A DNA stretch of 64,000 nt from Macrostomum lignano (taxonomy: Eukaryota). Where the stretch lies: assembly GCA_002269645.1 (NCBI GenBank), contig NIVC01003324.1, positions 40,137-104,136 of the forward strand, given 5' to 3'. Positions 11,727 to 24,639 of this stretch are shown one piece after another (positions within the stretch are counted from its first letter, which is position 1; each line of letters begins with the position of its first letter). The notes beneath the pieces were generated by a model, which made no database searches, had not been told where the DNA came from, and was given only the letters and a program-made list of their open reading frames with translations. Both the position numbers and the translations under genes were made by a program.

Positions 11727-14119
11727 TCACGTGACCTGGGCGAATCGGCCCCTCGGCTCGTTAAACAATCGGCGAATGAAGTGAGTAGTGACTCCCACTG
11801 AGAGCAGCTGCAGGCACAGGGCTGTCCAGACCCTCCACTGGATTGACCAGTTTGTGGTCTCCAGGGCTGAGGTGTCCTTGTAAATCTCCGAGTGGGCTCG
11901 CACGTAAGACAGCACCTTGGTGACCCGCCACTCCAGCTCGCCTACGGAGGCCTGTTGGGGCGGTAATGTGGAAATACCTGTGTAGCTGGCAATTATCTCT
12001 GTCCAATGGTGTCTCTCATTCTGCTGTGAGTGACTCTGGTGCTGGCGCCTCTGGTGCTGGCGCCTCTGGTGCTGGCGCCTCTGGTGCTGGCGCCTCTGGT
12101 GCTGGCGCCTCTGGTGCTGGCGCCTCTGGTGCTGGCGCCTCTGGTGCTGGCGCCTCTGGTGCTGGCGCCTCTGGTGCTGGCGCCTCTGGTGCTGGCGCCT
12201 CTGGTGCTGGCGCCTCTGGTGCTGGCGCCTCTGGTGCTGGCGCCTCTGGTGCTGGCGCCTCTGGTGCTGGCGCCTCTGGTGCTGGCGCCTCTGGTGCTGG
12301 CGCCTCTGGTGCTGGCGCCTCTGGTGCTGGCGCCTCTGGTGCCTCTCAAATAAACTGGCGCCTCTCAAATAAACTGGCGCCTCTCAAGTAAACTGGCGCC
12401 TCACAAAATAAACTGGCGCCCTTTCAAATAAAATGGCCGAGAGATCCTGGCTCTAACTCAACTGCTATGGCTGCTGATATTGCATGATTTACATGACACA
12501 GAACAGAGTACATGTACATGAAATTCCTTGCCTCCAACCCTGACTCACCGTGGCATAGTTGGAAAAGTTGTGCAACTTCTCAAAGTGCTGCTCGCCGCTG
12601 ACCATCTCGGGAGGAATAAAGCGGTAGGAACTGTAGGCCAGCATCTTGCGCTGGCCCCGGTTTATGATGCAGGTCTCGAATGTGTCTGGGCAATTATGAA
12701 ATTTAATACAAACTGGATTTCAATCTAACTATAGGGTGCTGTAATTATGATTATTACAATTACGTAGAAAGTTAATGGCATCCTTACTGGTGTCGTTGAC
12801 AATCAGTTGGTGTCGGAATTGGCTCACTTGGAACTCGGAGACCACCAGATTGTTCTGTCCGTCGCCAATTATGACGTCAAATTTGTCGTCCTGATAGAAT
12901 TGCACCGTCTGTTTTGTGGGTGTGGGGAGTGGGGAGTGATCAGGTGAGAGTGAGGGAGAGTGACCAGGTGAGAGCGAGGGAGAGTGATCAGGTGAGAGTG
13001 AGGGAGAGTGATCAGGTGAGAGTGAGGGAGAGTGATCAGGTGAGAGTGAGGGAGAGTGATCAGGTGAGAGTGAGGGAGAGTGATCAGGTGAGAGTGAGGG
13101 AGAGTGATCAGGTGAGAGTGAGGGAGAGTGATCAGGTGAGAGTGAGGGAGATTGATCAGGTGAGAGTGAGGGAGAGTGATCAGGTGAGAGTGAGGGAGAG
13201 TGATCAGGTGAGAGTGAGGGATATTGATCAGGTGAGAGTGAGGGAGAGTGATCAGGTGAGAGTGAGGGAGATTGATCAGGTGAGAGTGAGGGAGAGTGAT
13301 CAGGTGAGAGTGAGGGAGAGTGATCAGGTGAGAGAGGGAGAGTGATCAGGTGAGAGAGGGAGAGTGATCAGGTGAGAGAGAGGGAGATTGATCAGGTGAG
13401 AGTGAGGGAGAGTGATCAGGTGAGAGTGAGGGAGAGTGATCAAGTGAGAGTGAGGGAGAGTGATCAGGTGAGCGAGAGAGTGATCCGATTAGAGCGAGAG
13501 AGAGTGATCAGGGGAAGTGGGAGTGTGATCAGAGGAGAGTGGGAGAGTGATCAGGGAAAAGTGGGAGAGTGATCAGGGAAAGTGGGAGAGTGATCAGGGA
13601 AAAGTGGGAGAGTGATCAGAGGAGAGTAGGAGAGTGATCAGGTGAGAGTGCGGAGAGTGATCACTTTGGAGAGAAGCATTGAAAGTGATCAGGTGGTTGA
13701 GATAGTGACAGTCTTGGCCAGAATAAGTTTAAAAATAGTGATGAAGATGTGGTGTAGAGGCTGGACAGAGCAAATCACTGGCAGACCAAAAAGTGGGCAG
13801 TCGGGCTCACCTGAACATCCTGAATGTAAAAGTGGCCGGCCAGCAGCACTGCGTAGAAGCACTGGCTGCCGTCTTTATCCAGCTCGATTCGGCCATTGAA
13901 CGATTTCATTGCCATGACAACCGACTGCAGCGGGTCCATAGCGCCCAGGTAGGTTGTCTCCAGCCTGTCCGTCTGCACGGACACGTCCGGATTGCCCGGC
14001 CGGTCTGTCCGAGGAATCACGTGAACGCCCGGCAGTTCCGGCCGCTTTTTCAATTTCGGTTCTTCGGCGACTGCGATGCTGCAAGCTGCTACTACTATGA
14101 GTAGCTTGCAGGTTAGCAT
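11727..14119 (-). CDS. p24/TMED-like GOLD-domain type I membrane protein (copy A); exons 14119-13811, 12908-12788, 12685-12549, 11951-11727 (263 aa)
   Basis: Signal peptide, GOLD cysteine pair (QCFYAVL...FETCIIN), helical stalk, C-terminal TM ([19 protein letters not shown]) and short tail [15 protein letters not shown]. All splice junctions keep frame. Confidence 0.78.
12036..12345. repeat. 15-bp perfect minisatellite (CTGGTGCTGGCGCCT) in TMED-A intron 3
   Basis: About 20 identical units, followed by 19-bp AAATAAACTGGCGCCTCTC variants. Confidence 0.95.
12932..13660. repeat. 24-bp minisatellite (GAGAGTGATCAGGTGAGAGTGAGG) in TMED-A intron 1
   Basis: Tandem units. Confidence 0.93.
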
Positions 14120-14894
14120 TGTGCTCCTGTGCCGAATTGCAATTGTAAATTAAATGGTGCTTATAGTAGCCTATGATGAAGATGCTGATTCCTTGTAAGT
14201 CTGGTAAACTATCCCGCTCATGCCAGAACAATGACAGACGAAATGAATTAATTTGCTAGCTCGTGACAGCAGGTCAATATCTTGAAGCTCTCTATAATGC
14301 CCTGCTCAAACTTAAAAGAAATTGTATATGCATGTGTGTTGCGTGCATTGGGTGTGTGTAATTTCCTGTTGAATGGCAGAACAGTACAGTAGCTCTTGGT
14401 CCCAGTGAGACAGAGAGATCGTGCGCTCGCTCGCTCTGAACTGCTCAAAGTCATTCCCGGATCGTATTTAAAAAAACTTCGTTTTCATAGAATGCACTTA
14501 GCAATTACTCAGCCTTGGCGAGCCGGTGTAGAATTGAAATGGAAATGACAATGGCGGGGGGGAGGGTTAGGTTTGGATTGGTCAAAGTTTTTCAGAATTT
14601 TTTCACTGAGCAGGACGGGACGGAAGGAAGGAAGGGGCATCCGGTGCCCGGTATTTGCACAGCCGTTCATTGAGTTGGGGAATTTCTCCAATATGTGCTT
14701 GAATGTGTCCAGGTGCTTTGATTAGATTCTCTATGAATTTTTTTTTAATTATCTGTAAATTACTTTGCTTTGCAATGCAATGCAACGCGTAAGTTTCTCA
14801 ATGAACTTCGTTTTGTCAAGCTTGTTTATCTGCAGTGCAGCGTCCGGGATCGAGCTCCGGACCTTCTGGTCAACAGGAGAAAAAATATGCATTT

Positions 14895-15318
14895 ACAGAT
14901 CCTAAACTTCACACACGCTAAACTTCACAGACCCTAAACTTTCCGTTTCACCGTTTCACAGACCCTAAACTTCACAAACCCTAAACTTCACAGACCCTAA
15001 ACTTCACAGACCCTAAACTTCACAGACCCTAAATTTCACAGACCCTAAACTTCACAGACCCTAAACTTCACAGACCCTAAACTTCACAGACCCTAAACTT
15101 CACAGACCCTAAACTTTCCGTTTCACCGTTTCACAGACCCTAAACTTCACAGACCCTAAATTTCACAGACCCTAAACTTCACAGACCCTAAACTTTCCGT
15201 TTCACCGTTTCACAGACCCTAAACTTCACAGACCCTAAATTTCACAGACCCTAAACTTCACAGACCCTAAACTTCACAGACCCTAAACTTCACAGACCCT
15301 AAACTTCACAGACCCTAA
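14895..15318. repeat. 16-bp minisatellite (CACAGACCCTAAACTT)
   Basis: Tandem units with occasional TCCGTTTCACCGTTT inserts. Confidence 0.93.
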
Positions 15319-15724
15319 GCTTCAAGGACACTACATTTTGCAAAGGTTATACTTCAGACACTGACCTGCTTTACTTTGAGGTTCAGTGGTTTAAAACTTC
15401 AGTACAATGATATAAAAAAGAAAAACGCTAACGAGTAAAACAATGCAAATTTTCTAACAATCTTTTAGTTGATATTTTGAATTGTTAGACTGTTTCAGCA
15501 CAATATTTATTATTTTATCTTTCCGTTGTAAAGCTACAGTTTAATTAGAGAAAGCCAGGTCCACTTGAGGACTGAAAAAGCATCAAAGTTAGAAGCCCAG
15601 ATGGAGAACAGACATTTGTTAAGCAGAATGCAAAGACACGCTAAGACTCTCATGCTAGCTGTCCAGCTTGAATAAGTGCGCGCGGTCAGTATTGCAGACT
15701 CATTGATGATGCATTGAGTTTTTA

Positions 15725-17473
15725 GCCACATCGCACCATAGAGACACATCGCACCATAGAGACACATCGCACCATAGAGACACATCGCACCATAGAGACA
15801 CATCGCACCATAGAGACACATCACATCATAGAGACACATCGCACCATAGAGACACATCACATCATAGAGACACATCGCACCATAGAGACACATCGCACCA
15901 TAGAGACACATCGCACCATAGAGACACATCACATCATAGAGACACATCACATCATAGAGAGACATCACACCATAGAGACACATCACACCATAGAGACACA
16001 TCACATCATAGAGACACATCACACCATATAGAGACACGTCACACCATAGAGACACATCGCACCATAGAGACACATCGCACCATAGAGACACATCACATCA
16101 TAGAGACACATCGCACCATAGAGACACATCACATCATAGAGACACATCGCACCATAGAGACACATCGCACCATAGAGACACATCGCACCATAGAGACACA
16201 TCACATCATAGAGAGACACGTCACACCATAGAGATATGTCACACCATAGAGACACGTCACACCATAGAGACACATCACATCATAGAGACACATCACATCA
16301 TAGAGAGACACGTCACACCATAGAGATATGTCACATCATAGAGACACATCACATCATAGAGACACGTCACATCATAGAGACACATTACACCATAGAGACA
16401 CATCACATCATAGAGACACATCACATCATAGAGACACATCACACCATAGAGACACATCACACCATAGAGACACATCACACCATAGAGACACATTACACCA
16501 TAGAGACACATCACACCATAGAGACACATCACACCATAGAGACACATCACATCATAGAGACACATCACACCATATAGAGACACGTCACACCATATAGACA
16601 CATCGCACCATAGAGACACATCGCACCATAGAGACACATCACATCATAGAGACACATCGCACCATAGAGACACATCACATCATAGAGACACATCGCACCA
16701 TAGAGACACATCGCACCATAGAGACACATCGCACCATAGAGACACATCACATCATAGAGAGACACGTCACATCATAGAGACACATCACATCATAGAGACA
16801 CGTCACATCATAGAGAGACATCACACCATAGAGACACGTCACACCATAGAGAGACATCACACCATAGAGACACATCACACCATAGAGACACATCACACCA
16901 TAGAGACACATCACACCTTAGAGACACATCACACCATAGAGACACATCACACCATAGAGACACATCACATCATAGAGAGACACGTCACACCATAGAGATA
17001 TGTCACACCATAGAGACACGTCACACCATAGAGACACATCACATCATAGAGACACATCACATCATAGAGAGACACGTCACACCATAGAGATATGTCACAC
17101 CATAGAGACACGTCGCACCATAGAGACACATCACATCATAGAGACACGTCACATCATAGAGACACATTACACCATAGAGACACATCACATCATAGAGAGA
17201 CATCACACCATAGAGACACATCACATCATAGAGAGACATCGCGCCATAGAGACACATCACACCTTAGAGACACGTCACATCATAGAGAGACATCACACCA
17301 TAGAGACACATCACACCATAGAGACACATCGCGCCATAGAGACACATCACACAATAGAGACACATCACACCATAGAGACACATTACACCATAGAGACACA
17401 TCACATCATAGAGAGACATCACACCATAGAGACACATCACATCATAGAGAGACATCACACCATAGAGACACAT
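15725..17473. repeat. 18-bp satellite (CATAGAGACACATCACAC), 1.75 kb, with higher-order block duplications
   Basis: Tandem variant units between the two TMED-like genes. Confidence 0.95.
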
Positions 17474-17581
17474 TAAAATAGTATCAAGTTAAAGACAGCC
17501 TTGTCACACATGACAATAACTCACATAGCAAATACATGACACAATACATCGAATCCAAGCAGCTCATGTGCTACCAGCATC

Positions 17582-19687
17582 TCACACAGACGACCTCTGG
17601 CCACTGAACAAGCCCCTGATGAAGAGAGTGGTTCCGCCAAAGGAAACAGACATCAGAGAGATGTAGAGCACCGCTTTCCACATCACGTAGCCATGAGTGG
17701 CTTGCATAAGCAAGAAGTCTCTGGCCGATAGCGGATTGGTTCGCATTTCAGCAAGCGCTTGGCCCAGATTCAGCTCTAGGTTCACGACTGAGTTCTGCAA
17801 TTTATTTATTGATTTATTGATTGATTTTTGCATGCCTGATTTACATGCCTGTTGTAGGAATCATGCAACCGTGACATGAAAGCATGAGAAACAAAGACTG
17901 AAGGTTGGTAGATGAAATATCACATATTAATATCAATATATTGGTCAGGTCAATGAGAAACACGAGTGCATTATGAAAAGTGCTGTTTGGATATGATTTT
18001 GCAGAAAATAAATGTATAACTGTAACTGTATAAATGTATAAATGTATAAGAACTTGTACGTGGTTGTAGCCCAGTGGTTAGAGCGTCGGACTCACAACTT
18101 GAAGGTCGGGGGTTCGATTCCCGATCCCACTGCATGGAAAAATTTGTATCCTTGAGCAAGACACTTAACTCTGCATTGTCTCAGTTCACCCAGCTGTAAA
18201 CTGGGTAATCAGCATTAGCTGGGGTAAATGAGGGTGTGTGTGGCGACCCCCCTCCCCAGTCCTTGGACTGAACAGCCGTACGCAGCCTTCAGATGCGCTG
18301 CGCAATAGCTGCTGCGGCTGAGCTGTCGGTTGCACATCTGGCCCAATTATGGCAGGTGTAATAAAAAATCTTTGCAAGAACCAAAGAGCTCAAAAGTTTC
18401 AATTGATCTCACCTCAACTTCCATAGTGACATTGTTCTTAATAGCCAACTCTTTCAGCGCTTTTTCAAACGACGAAGGTAAGTAGTGATACGACGAATAT
18501 GAGATGATCTTACTTCTGACCGGGTTGTAGATGCACACTTCGTAGGCATCTGCGGAATAGAATAGGAACTTAAACAGGCTGAATACGCTTAATATACTAC
18601 TACCACCCAGTTGCAAACTGACTCACCATTTTCCGTGACGTTGAACTGATGCGACACGCTAGTTTGATAGACATAGTCCTTCACGTGCTCCCCGTCACCG
18701 TTGGAGATAAATATGTCGAATACGTCAGATGGTTGGTTTGATGACACCGTCTGAGAATGATTAATGGTTTGGTGAAAGATTACCAGCTCATGTGAGTTCC
18801 GAGCTAAGTTTTCATCCTTCACTACTGAGGCATGACCTTGAATAAATGCTTTTTAAAGCTGATAAAAGCTGATAAAAGCTTGCCAACATTATTTAATGGG
18901 CTGGTTTTTAGCCGAGTTTTGTGGTTGGCTTGTGGCCGAGTCTTAGGGTTGGTTTATGGCCGAGTCTTGGTGTTGGTTTATGGCCGAGTCTTAGGGTTGG
19001 TTTATGGCCGAGTCTTAGGGTTGGTTTATGGCCGAGTATTGGGGTTGGTTTATGGCCGAGTTTTGGGGTTGGTTTATGGCCGAGTCTTGGGGTTGGTTTA
19101 TAGTTGACGGCCGAGTCTTGGTGTTGGTTTATGACCGAGTCTTTGGGTTGGTTTACGAGCTATGGCGGAGTCTTTGGGTTGGTTTACGAGCTATGGCCGA
19201 GTCTTTAGGTTGGTTTACGAGCTATGGCCGAGCCTTTGGGTTGGTTTACGAGCTATGGCCGAGTCTTTAGGTTGGTTTGTCGCCAAGTCTTGGGATTGTT
19301 TTTAAGCGCACCAGAACAAATGCTACAGAAGGTGAGTTGGCTAGCACGGGTTCGAGTCCCATAAGGTGCAGTGGACAGCTTTTATTTTAATCTTACCGTG
19401 GCGTAGAAGTGCAGCTGGTACCCAGCCAGAAGTACATAGTAAAAGCACTCCTTGGCACCTTCACCTATTCTCAGTTTGAACACTGACGAGTGCATTCTGA
19501 TAGCCGACTCAAATTGATGCAGCGGGCCTTCATAGCTGGTCTCAGGGCGGCGCGTCCGCAGCCAGACGGTCGGACTTGACGGGCGCCTCGGATCCGGCTT
19601 GAGTTCGATCGTGGAGCCTCGCATCGGCTTGGGAACAGTTGCCAGGCAACCGAGTGCTAGGAGTAGAAGCTGCGTTAAGAAAGTCAT
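17582..19687 (-). CDS. p24/TMED-like GOLD-domain protein (copy B); exons 19687-19397, 18750-18627, 18549-18413, 17794-17582 (254 aa)
   Basis: Signal peptide, KECFYYVLLAG...YEVCIYN GOLD cysteines, TM AVLYISLMSVSFGGTTLFI, tail RGLFSGQRSSV. Same intron phases (0,1,0) and same 137-nt exon 3 as copy A. Confidence 0.78.
18060..18336 (+). mobile_element. tRNA-headed CORE-type SINE in TMED-B intron 3
   Basis: A box TAGCCCAGTGG, B box GGTTCGATTCC, CORE-like TCCTTGAGCAAGACACTTAAC...CCCAGCTGTAAACTGGG. The 3' body matches the reverse complement of 2670-2947. Confidence 0.78.
18905..19290. repeat. 24-bp minisatellite (GGCCGAGTCTTAGGGTTGGTTTAT) in TMED-B intron 1
   Basis: Tandem variant units. Confidence 0.92.
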
Positions 19688-20196
19688 GACTGCTCGAAAT
19701 GGAATTGGATAGGAATCGAAGCGAGAGCACTCGAAATTAACTGTTGGTAATGCCCTCTGCATTGCTGCATTATTCAGTATAAAACTGACTGGCTGTGGCC
19801 CCCCTTCTCCCCACCAGGCCCTCGGATCCCCGGGGTGTACATGTACACTCGGTGATAAGAAACTACAATTCGCTACATTCAAACACGCGCGTGCATTTTG
19901 ATATTGTTCAATAATAATCCGACTGGCTCTGTTGCTTTTGTGTATTTCTACAAATTTTCGAAAAGACCATATATACAAATCCAAAAGGCTTATCTGGCAT
20001 TCGTCGTTTAAAAATGCGAATACTTTGTAAAGCCTTTAAGACTGCGGAATGCTACACGCATTGGGAAGAGTTTTTATTGGGAATCGATTTTTAAAAAATA
20101 CGATAGTTAGTTTAACTTGGACTAAAATTGAGCAATTGAGCAAATCGTTTTCCAACAATATTATTTGTAGGAGTGTTGGCTGTCTTACGTTGCATA

Positions 20197-20670
20197 CCCC
20201 AAGTATCTGATCCCTATTCTCTAATCCTAATCTCTTACCCCAAGTATCTGATCCCTATTCTCTAATCCTAATCTCTAACCCCAAGTATCTGATCCCTATT
20301 CTCTAATCCTAATCTCTAACCCCAAGTATCTGATCCCTATTCTCTAATCCTAATCTCTAACCCCAAGTATCTGATCCCTATTCTCTAATCCTAATCTCTT
20401 ACCCCAAGTATCTGATCCCTATTCTCTAATCCTAATCTCTAATCCCTGATCTCTAATCCCTCATCTCGAATCCCTAATCTCTAATCTCTAATCTCTAATC
20501 TCTAAGCCTAATCTCCAATCCCTAATCCCTAATCTCTAATCTCTAATCTCTAATCCCTTATCTCTAATCTCTAATCTCCAATTTCTAGTCCCTAATTTAC
20601 TCGTAAAATCTCCAATCTCCTGATTCTCATTCATAATCACTGATTAATCTCTAATCACTAATCCTCAGTC
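20197..20670. repeat. 41-bp minisatellite (CCCCAAGTATCTGATCCCTATTCTCTAATCCTAATCTCTAA) grading into a degenerate CTAAT(CT) tract
   Basis: About 5-6 regular units, then low-complexity sequence. A similar tract lies at 22230-22650. Confidence 0.88.
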
Positions 20671-21351
20671 TTAATCCCTTAACTTTCCTCTGGATACATG
20701 CAACTGGACTGGAAGAAGGCCCGCAGGGTAAAGGACCTTTGGATAACTTGGACTGGCATCGGAGCCATTGTTCAGGGACCTCTAAAAATGTCATAAAAGC
20801 AGATTAAACTGTTTTTGTGCTTGCCGCAATAGAGTTGAAGCAAATGAATATTTAGGAAATTTTGTCGCGCCTTCCAATCCAGATGTCTAGATCTGTTTGA
20901 GCACCGCGACCAGCGCCGACCGACATAAAATAGGTTTACCGACCGAATGAATAGGGACAGAAACGAAAGTCAGGACAGCGCCTCAGCCAGCCCTATCTCT
21001 CCTTTCCTCAATTCCACCCCCCCCCCAACTTGGCCTTCCATACTCGTATGCTAGAAGAAGTCAATCAAATTGATTATCCTGGAGCAGGGAAGGGCAGGGC
21101 GCTAATTTGAAAGAGAAGAAACTCCACACAAGTGGAGAGAGAGAGGCTGAGCCAGGGAGGTCGACAACCAGAGCCTTGGAGCGACAGGTCTTCCCCCCTC
21201 CCGAACCCCGCATTTGCAGACAACTTAATTTAGGCTGGATTGCAGCTGCTCAGCCTCACGATTCTGCTCATTCCGCTGACTCCTATGCTTGCTTTAAATG
21301 CAAAGAGGTTTTTCAAGCGGAGAGTTTCTTAAACATGAGCTGCTAGACAAA

Positions 21352-21560
21352 TCCGATGTCTATGGCCAAATCTGATTTATATGGCCAAATCTGATTTATA
21401 TGGCCAAATCTGATGTCTATGGCAAAATCTGATGTCTATGGCAAAATCTGATGTCTATGGCCAAATCTGATGTCTATGGCCAAATCTGTGGTCTATGACC
21501 AAATCTGATGTCTATGGCCAAATCTGATGTCTATGACCAAATCTGTTGTCTATGGCCAAA
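21352..21560. repeat. 19-bp minisatellite (AAATCTGATGTCTATGGCC)
   Basis: About 11 tandem units. Confidence 0.92.
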
Positions 21561-22229
21561 ACCCCCAGTTAGCGTTCGTTAGCGTCTAGAGAAGTCGACA
21601 TGCAGGAGTTTGTAAATTTGGAGGCTCTAAGGAATCGAGATGTTAACTCCAAGTTGTGCTATCAGAACTCCCTGGCTGGGGGCAACAAGTGGGCCAATCA
21701 AAAATTTCCAGCTTATAGTTAGCTATATAGGCCTGGGGAAGTTGAGATGTGGCTTTTGGAAGGGGCTGGGAAAATAGGGATTAGGAGATGGGGTCGCCGG
21801 GTGAACCACCAGTTAGACTGCTGGAGGTCCGGGTGAACTTGAGGAGTGAGAGAGAGGGAAACGGAGACAGTACAGAGAAATTCACTGCTCAAAAGAGCCG
21901 ACAGCACAGATATTTTAGACTGAATAGAATAACCAACAATCAGCTTTACTAAACAGGTAGGTTTCAAGTTTTTAATTTGAATATTTTGAAACTTTTATTA
22001 AAAAATCTTTAATACTCAATTTCTTAATTCCAAACTTTAATCCTAATCCAAAAATCTGCATGACTAATACTTTATTAATATTCAGACCGCAATCTCTAAA
22101 ATTTCACTTCAAAACGTAGATACCAAATTTCAAATTCATAATTTCGTATCTTTTGTATTTTCTAATCAAAATTTTTTACGCAATAGTATCTATTCCCTAG
22201 CTATTTCTTATCCATAATTATTGATCCAT

Positions 22230-22650
22230 AGCCTATAGTCTCGAATCTTCAATCTCTAATATCGAATATCTAATCCCTATTCTCTAATAGCCAATCTCTA
22301 ATATCCAATCTCTAATATCCCTATTCTCAAATCTCTAATCCCAAATCACCAGTCCCTAATATCTAATCTTCAATATCTATTCTATAATATCTATTCTCCA
22401 GTCTCAAATCTCAAATCTCAAATCTCAAATATCTAATCTCTGATCTCTAATCTATATTATGTAATCCCTAATCTCTAATCCCAAATCACTAATCATCAGT
22501 CTCTAATATCTAATATCTGATATCGAATCTCCAATCTCTGATCTCTAATCTCTAGTATCTAATTTCTAATCTCTAATCTCTAATCTCTAATCTCTAATAT
22601 CTAATATCTAATCTCTAATCCCTAATCTCTAATCCTGAATCCCAAATCCC
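22230..22650. repeat. Degenerate (CTAATCT/CTAATAT)n low-complexity tract
   Basis: Visible short-period repeat upstream of the tetraspan gene. Confidence 0.8.
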
Positions 22651-22678
22651 TGAATCTCACAGACGGTACAGGCAGTTC

Positions 22679-24446
22679 ATGGCAGCCACAAAGCTTGCAT
22701 CAACTGCCCTGCTGTCCACGGCCCTGTCTCTGGCCACAGCCAGCCTGTTATCAGGAGCCTGGCGCCTGGCACTAGCCGGCAACAGCGGGCACTCCGTCAG
22801 CTTCGGCATCTCGGCGGATTACGAGGGCTACTGGGCAGGTGAGCAAATTTTCAGAGAGTTACCCAATCGATCCTAGCTCGTAAAAAACCAAGGGGAAATT
22901 ATTGGGGACAATTGAAACAGGAAAAAATCCCCAAAACACGCTATCGATTTCAGTAATCCGATTAATCCGCTACTTGGCCGGCCTTGGCAACGTGCTCAGC
23001 TGTTTTGCCCTGCTCTGCTCACTGGCTGCGCATTCCAGCCGACTCGAACAGCTCGCCGCCGCCTGCTGCTGCTGCTGCGGTAACGGTGGCGGTGGCCTTC
23101 AAATGTCGAAGTTTCTCTTCGCTTCGCTCGCTGGTGAGGCTCCAAAAAAATCTTTCGCAATAATATGCGATTTTCTTTTTCATTTTTGTTCGTAAATACT
23201 ACTAACTAGTAGCGCGTAGTAAGTGTGCACGAGAATTGGTTAGGCGGGTTGTAATGCGATTCGCAGCCATAACGACCAGCCCCCAAGGCACAGAAAGTGC
23301 ACGTGCCTGACGATTAGCATGGCAGGGCCGCTGTGCACCTGTGTGAGCTCCACAGTAAATTCCCCAAATCCCCCAGTAAATTCCCCAAATCCCCCAGTAA
23401 ATTCCCCAAATCCCCCAGTAAATTCCCAAAATCCCCCAGTAAATTCCCAAAATCCCCCAGTAAATTCCCAAAATTCCCCAGTAAATTCCCAAATTGCCCC
23501 CGTAAAATCCCCAGATTTCCCACTCGAGTAAATTCCCCAGATTCCTCACAGTAAATTCCACAGATTTTCCCCAGTAAACTTCTCAGATTCCCCCCCCCCC
23601 AATAAATTCCCCAGATTCCCCACTCGGTTAAATTCCACAAATTCTCCACAGTAAATTCCCCAGATTCCCTACAGTAAATTCCAAATATTCCCCACAGTAA
23701 ATTCCCCAGATTCCCCACAGTAAATTCCCCAGATTCCCCACAGTAAATTCCCAAAATTCCCCACAGTAAACTCCCCAGATTCCCCACAGTAAATTCCCCA
23801 GATTCCCCACAGTAAATTCCCCAAATTCCCCACAGTAAATTCCCCAGATTCCCCACAGTAAATTCCCCAGATTCCCCTTCCCCACCGCACCCAACCCTCA
23901 GCCGCCAGCCAGCTGGCCTCGGCCGCCCTGTTCCGCTACTTCTTCATCTCGCACGCTACCGCGGCGTCTCTTCGCGAAGCTGCCGTCGCCGCGGCGAACG
24001 CCGACAAAACTGGCCGACATCTCGTCGACTTCCCGGACTGGCGGGCCCGCCCCGGCTACGGCTGGCACCTGATGATCGCCGCCGGCTCCGCCAACTTCGC
24101 TGCCGCCGCTCTCGCCTGCTGCGTCGAGTTTCGTCGATTTGCCGGCGCCGATGTCGAACTCGACAGCAGGATGTCCGGGAAGCCGGCCGATTCGACGGCC
24201 GAACGACAGACGTCGTCAACCTCGTCGCCAAGAGGCCGAGGAGCGTCTCCGGGACAGGAGGAAGGCTTGGAGGCGATGGAGGAGGATGAGGACGAGGCTA
24301 GGAAGCTGGTAATGAGCGAGCAGCGTCCTGCGGGTGTCCCCAGCGAACTCAACGGCGGAGGCGTCGAAGAGCTCGAACTTGTTGTCGAACCCGTCGGTCC
24401 AGAAATTTTAGAATGCCACTGTCAGTGTTCCTGCAACGACAGATAA
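22679..24446 (+). CDS. Claudin/PMP22-superfamily-like four-TM protein; exons 22679-22838, 22954-23133, 23902-24446 (294 aa)
   Basis: In-frame GT-AG splicing, four hydrophobic segments, W after TM1, GYGW before TM4, a CCCCC cluster in the TM2-TM3 loop and an acidic C-tail. Family assignment is from topology only. Confidence 0.6.
23345..23880. repeat. 21-23-bp minisatellite (GTAAATTCCCCAGATTCCCCACA) in tetraspan intron 2
   Basis: Tandem variant units ending just before the acceptor. Confidence 0.92.
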
Positions 24447-24639
24447 ACATGCATGCTTGAGGAAGTTGTTGCGCGAGAATTTTTTGTTATTCGCAAAAGT
24501 CATGACTGATAATTATTTCGATTTGCCTAGCAGAGCGTTTCATTCTCAGTTTCACAGATACAGGGGTGGTAGGTAGGATCGAGTGTGGTGGAAGGTGTAG
24601 GAGTGGATGGGGTGGGTGAAGGCAGAAGTGAGGTGGGTG

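Noticed and set aside
9122-17481. Long repetitive ORFs in arrays (e.g. 9122-9745, 11966-12391, 12914-13345, 15534-17481)
   Set aside because: They lie in introns or intergenic tandem repeats; the open frames follow from stop-free units.
18060-18135. tRNA gene (also about 2870-2947 on minus)
   Set aside because: It has A/B boxes but poor stems and continues into a shared SINE body, so it is a SINE head.
14895-19290. Telomere-like CCCTAAA (16-bp array) and TTAGGG (24-bp array) motifs
   Set aside because: Only one motif per longer unit; these are not telomeric tracts.
5068-19370. Isolated B-box-like GGTTCGA motifs (about 5071, 10247, 19355)
   Set aside because: No accompanying A box or shared body could be aligned convincingly.
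19688-19984. Upstream extension of the TMED-B ORF (non-ATG start at 19984)
   Set aside because: The signal peptide begins at Met 19687; the upstream frame is AT-rich and looks non-coding.
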